39,269 nucleotides of DNA from Chlamydiia bacterium (GTDB taxonomy: Bacteria; Chlamydiota; Chlamydiia; Chlamydiales; SM23-39): the NCBI GenBank assembly GCA_016194825.1, contig JACQAR010000094.1:1-39269 (forward strand), in the 5' to 3' direction. Below, piece after piece: positions 36,564 through 39,269 of the stretch. The notes beneath the pieces are model-generated. The model saw only the letters and a list, made by a program, of their open reading frames with translations, had not been told where the DNA came from and did no database searches. Numbering within the stretch: the first letter of the stretch is position 1; each line of letters begins with the position of its first letter. Made by a program: the position numbers and the translations under genes.

Positions 36564-39146
36564 TTAGCCGCTTTTTGTGCCTCCGGCCTCATCAAGATGA
36601 TCGTCCCAATATTGATTTCGGCCAACATTCGGCCCAAAAATCGGCTTAAAATCATCACAAATCTCAATGTTAAGAATTGCTAGCTTCTCATCGGGTTTGA
36701 TGAGTCGTTTATTCGCTTTGTCTTGCAATTTGTGCGTTTTGATGTAGTCCCAAATCAATTTCGTGGCTTCGGGTCGCGTGGCTTCTTTGACGCCGAGAAT
36801 GGAGGCCAGTTCACCTGACAATTTATACTTGAGCTGCGGGAAGGCCGATTTGCCCTTGCCTGTTGCTCCTTTTGCACCTGCTTTCCCTTTGAATTTCGAT
36901 TTTTTGACGTAGGCGGTTTTGGGATGGTCTTTATATTTTTCTCCAAGCTCGTCGAGCTCATTGACAATCACATCGCATTCAGGATAGTTCGAGCAGGAGA
37001 AAAAGGTTTTGCCAAAGCGCGATTTACGGGCGGTGAGATGGCCATCGCATCCAATGGCAGGACATGCAGGGAGATCTTCGGCTTTGTAGCTCTTTTCCCC
37101 TTTTTTCGGGATATTGACGATCCTTTTGCATTCGGGATAACGAGAGCAGCCCAAGAAGGGGCCAAACCGTCCATGTCGAAGGATCATCGGGGAAGAGCAT
37201 TTGGAACAGGGCTGTTCCCAATCAAAATTGGGATCGTAATCCTCTTTATTGAATTCGAGCGCTTCAATGGGTGCGGTAAATTCACAAACGGGATAGTTAG
37301 AACAGCCGTAGAAGTATTTATTGCGCGACCAAATTTTCTGGAGCTTGTGTCCACAGTTGGGACAGTCGATGAGTGTGGAAATTTTGGGGACAGAGGCCTC
37401 TTTTTCTGCTTTATCCACCAGAGGAGTAAATTCTTTCCAAAATGTCCTGAGCAGCTCTTTCCAATCGCGATTGTGCTCCGCAATTTGCTCGAGCTGATCT
37501 TCCATCTGTGCGGTGAAGGTCACATCCATGATGGGGGCAAAGTTCTGTTCCAGCATTTCGCAGATCACTTTCCCCAATTCGGTCGGTTTCAGGGTTTGGT
37601 GCTCTTTCACCGTGTAATCGCGGCTTTGGATCTTGTTCATGATGGCCGCATAAGTAGAGGGTCTTCCAATCCCTAGTCGCTCGAGTTCTTTTACTAGTGA
37701 TGCTTCTGTAAAGCGAGGAGGTGGTTTTGTGAAAGACTGTGTGGGGGTGAGCTGATTCAAACGGAGTGGTGAACCGCTGTGTAGAGAAGGAAGGATTTTC
37801 CCATTTTCATCCTCTTCTTCAGAGCTCGTATCCCTTCTCTCTTCATAGGCAGCTAAAAATCCATTGAACTTGATGACGGAACCATTGGCTCTTAAGGTCA
37901 GGTTTTGGTCCGTTTCAATGTCGGCAGAGACTGTGTCATAAATCGCAGGATTCATCTGTGATGCGATGAAGCGGCGCCAGATGAGGAGATAGAGCTTGTA
38001 CTGATCGCTGGTCAGATAGGCTTTGATTTTTTCGGGGGCGCGCAAAAGGCTCGTTGGCCGAATGGCTTCGTGCGCTTCTTGGGCGCTTTTTTTCGAGGCA
38101 TAGATGCGGGGCTGGTCGGGAAGATATTCAGGCCCAAAATGGCTCCCAATGTATTTGCGTGCAGAGGAAATGGCTTCAGGGGCAATGTTGACCGAATCGG
38201 TACGCATGTAGGTGATCAACCCTTCCGTGCCTTCCGCGTCCATATCGATCCCTTCATAGAGATCTTGTGCAATGCTCATCGTGCGCGATACGGCAAAGCC
38301 ATAGTGGCGGCTCGCCTCTTGCTGCAGCGTAGAGGTGATGAAAGGAGGAACGGGATTTCTCTTCTTCTCTTTTCGCTCGACATCCCCCACTTTGTATTGG
38401 GCTTTTTTTAGTCGTGAGAGGAGTTCTTGGGCCGTTTCCTCATTCGGGATGAGAAAGCAGGGCTTATCGCCTACCTTTTCTTTTTCTACCTTCAATCCGT
38501 TGACGAGATTCAAAAAAGCAGGAAAAGGACGAGGATCGTCAGGGGTCGTTAAGAGGGCGGTGAGTGTCCAATATTCGATTGGTTGGAATGCTTCGATCTC
38601 TTTTTCGCGCATCACCACCAGTTTGAGAGCGACCGATTGGACTCGCCCTGCGGAAGAGCCTTGTTGGCCTCTTTTGACTTTGCGGGTGAGAATGGGAGAG
38701 ATTTTGTAGCCTACAATCCGGTCGAGGAGTCGTCTGGCTTGCTGTGCATTGACGAGGTCGATGTCGATGTCGCGGGGGTGAGCAAGCGCCTCTTGCACCG
38801 CATCTTTGGTGATCGACTGGAAAGCGGTCCGTTTGATCTTGGTCGTTTTGGGCAGAAGCGCGGCAATGTGCCACGCGATGGCTTCCCCTTCGCGATCAGG
38901 GTCAGGAGAGAGGTAGACAATATCTGCTTTTTTCGCAGCATCTTTTAGCTTCTGAATCACTTCCTTTTTATCAGGCAGCGTCACATACTTAGGTTCAAAA
39001 TCATGCTCGACGTCAATCCCAAACTCTTTCGCTGGCAGATCGCGGATATGCCCGATCGAAGACTCAAAAGAAAAATTAGGCCCCAAAAACTTCTTGAGTG
39101 TTTTGATTTTTGCCGGGGATTCTACAATGACAAGAGCTTTAACCAT
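36564..39146 (-). CDS. topA: DNA topoisomerase I with C-terminal SWIB domain
   Basis: The start is set at MVKALVIVESPAK (TOPRIM). Further motifs are DPDREGEAIAWH and the active-site region GLITYMRTDS. There are three Cys4 ribbons (CPNCGH..CSNYPVC, CSKCSS..CSRYPEC, CPAIGCDGH..CSNYPEC), a Lys-rich linker, and a SWIB-like segment LSGELASILGVKEATRPEATKLIWDYIKTHKLQDKANKRLIKPDEKL. Confidence 0.9.
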   Translation of the reverse strand: MVKALVIVESPAKIKTLKKFLGPNFSFESSIGHIRDLPAKEFGIDVEHDFEPKYVTLPDKKEVIQKLKDAAKKADIVYLSPDPDREGEAIAWHIAALLPKTTKIKRTAFQSITKDAVQEALAHPRDIDIDLVNAQQARRLLDRIVGYKISPILTRKVKRGQQGSSAGRVQSVALKLVVMREKEIEAFQPIEYWTLTALLTTPDDPRPFPAFLNLVNGLKVEKEKVGDKPCFLIPNEETAQELLSRLKKAQYKVGDVERKEKKRNPVPPFITSTLQQEASRHYGFAVSRTMSIAQDLYEGIDMDAEGTEGLITYMRTDSVNIAPEAISSARKYIGSHFGPEYLPDQPRIYASKKSAQEAHEAIRPTSLLRAPEKIKAYLTSDQYKLYLLIWRRFIASQMNPAIYDTVSADIETDQNLTLRANGSVIKFNGFLAAYEERRDTSSEEEDENGKILPSLHSGSPLRLNQLTPTQSFTKPPPRFTEASLVKELERLGIGRPSTYAAIMNKIQSRDYTVKEHQTLKPTELGKVICEMLEQNFAPIMDVTFTAQMEDQLEQIAEHNRDWKELLRTFWKEFTPLVDKAEKEASVPKISTLIDCPNCGHKLQKIWSRNKYFYGCSNYPVCEFTAPIEALEFNKEDYDPNFDWEQPCSKCSSPMILRHGRFGPFLGCSRYPECKRIVNIPKKGEKSYKAEDLPACPAIGCDGHLTARKSRFGKTFFSCSNYPECDVIVNELDELGEKYKDHPKTAYVKKSKFKGKAGAKGATGKGKSAFPQLKYKLSGELASILGVKEATRPEATKLIWDYIKTHKLQDKANKRLIKPDEKLAILNIEICDDFKPIFGPNVGRNQYWDDHLDEAGGTKSG

Positions 39147-39163
39147 ATATGTAAATCGGTCAG

Positions 39164-39192
39164 ATGGTAGCGGATTCTCAGACAAAGTACAA
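39164..39192 (-). promoter_or_regulatory. Possible promoter for topA
   Basis: On the minus strand: TTGTAC (39192-39187), a 17-nt spacer, then TACCAT (39169-39164), 17 nt upstream of the ATG. Pattern match only. Confidence 0.25.
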
Positions 39193-39269
39193 GTCTGAAA
39201 CAAGAACCTATCCCATTAAAAGGGTTTCGTCGCTTTTGCGGATTATTTTGGCCGCTTTTCGATTCAAAA

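Overview
This 39.3-kb window is almost fully coding. It appears to come from an environmental member of the Chlamydiae. That placement is an inference from a TopA carrying three C-terminal zinc ribbons plus a C-terminal SWIB domain, and from a long ~545-aa ThyX. No similarity search was possible, so all product calls rest on motifs read from the supplied translations. The left edge holds a partial beta-barrel OMP gene, a strong terminator, a ~270-nt foldback element and thyX. The right edge holds topA. Between them, 2353-36521 (~34 kb) is one dense surface-glycan / LPS-type biosynthesis island arranged in six tightly packed transcription units with many ATGA-type start/stop overlaps. It encodes: heptose activation genes (GmhA, a domain-reversed HldE-like enzyme, an HddA-like GHMP kinase and an HddC-like nucleotidyltransferase); six extended or classical SDR sugar epimerase/dehydratase/reductase genes; two TylCIII-like C-methyltransferases and four further SAM methyltransferases; a split transketolase with a Zn-ADH, a HAD hydrolase and a choline/APH-type kinase; many glycosyltransferases (GT11 x3, GT17, GT2, GT90, GT9 x2, and three uncharacterised GT-B-like proteins); an MsbA-like ABC exporter; and a Wzy_C/WaaL-like membrane protein. 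No rRNA, tRNA, CRISPR, transposase or integrase was seen. Five signals are not explained by gene content. (1) The word GCTTTACA(T) is strongly over-represented, with at least 16 copies, four of them as inverted pairs, and it lies in different reading frames of unrelated genes. (2) A 16-nt poly(A) tract lies inside the GT90 gene, and its +1 length variant would fuse GT90 in frame to the downstream heptosyltransferase. (3) Five consecutive genes for Leloir-type GTs or a methyltransferase all carry Sec-like N-terminal leaders, and three of them form a low-GC block. (4) There are two long foldback elements. (5) There are two convergent gene overlaps.
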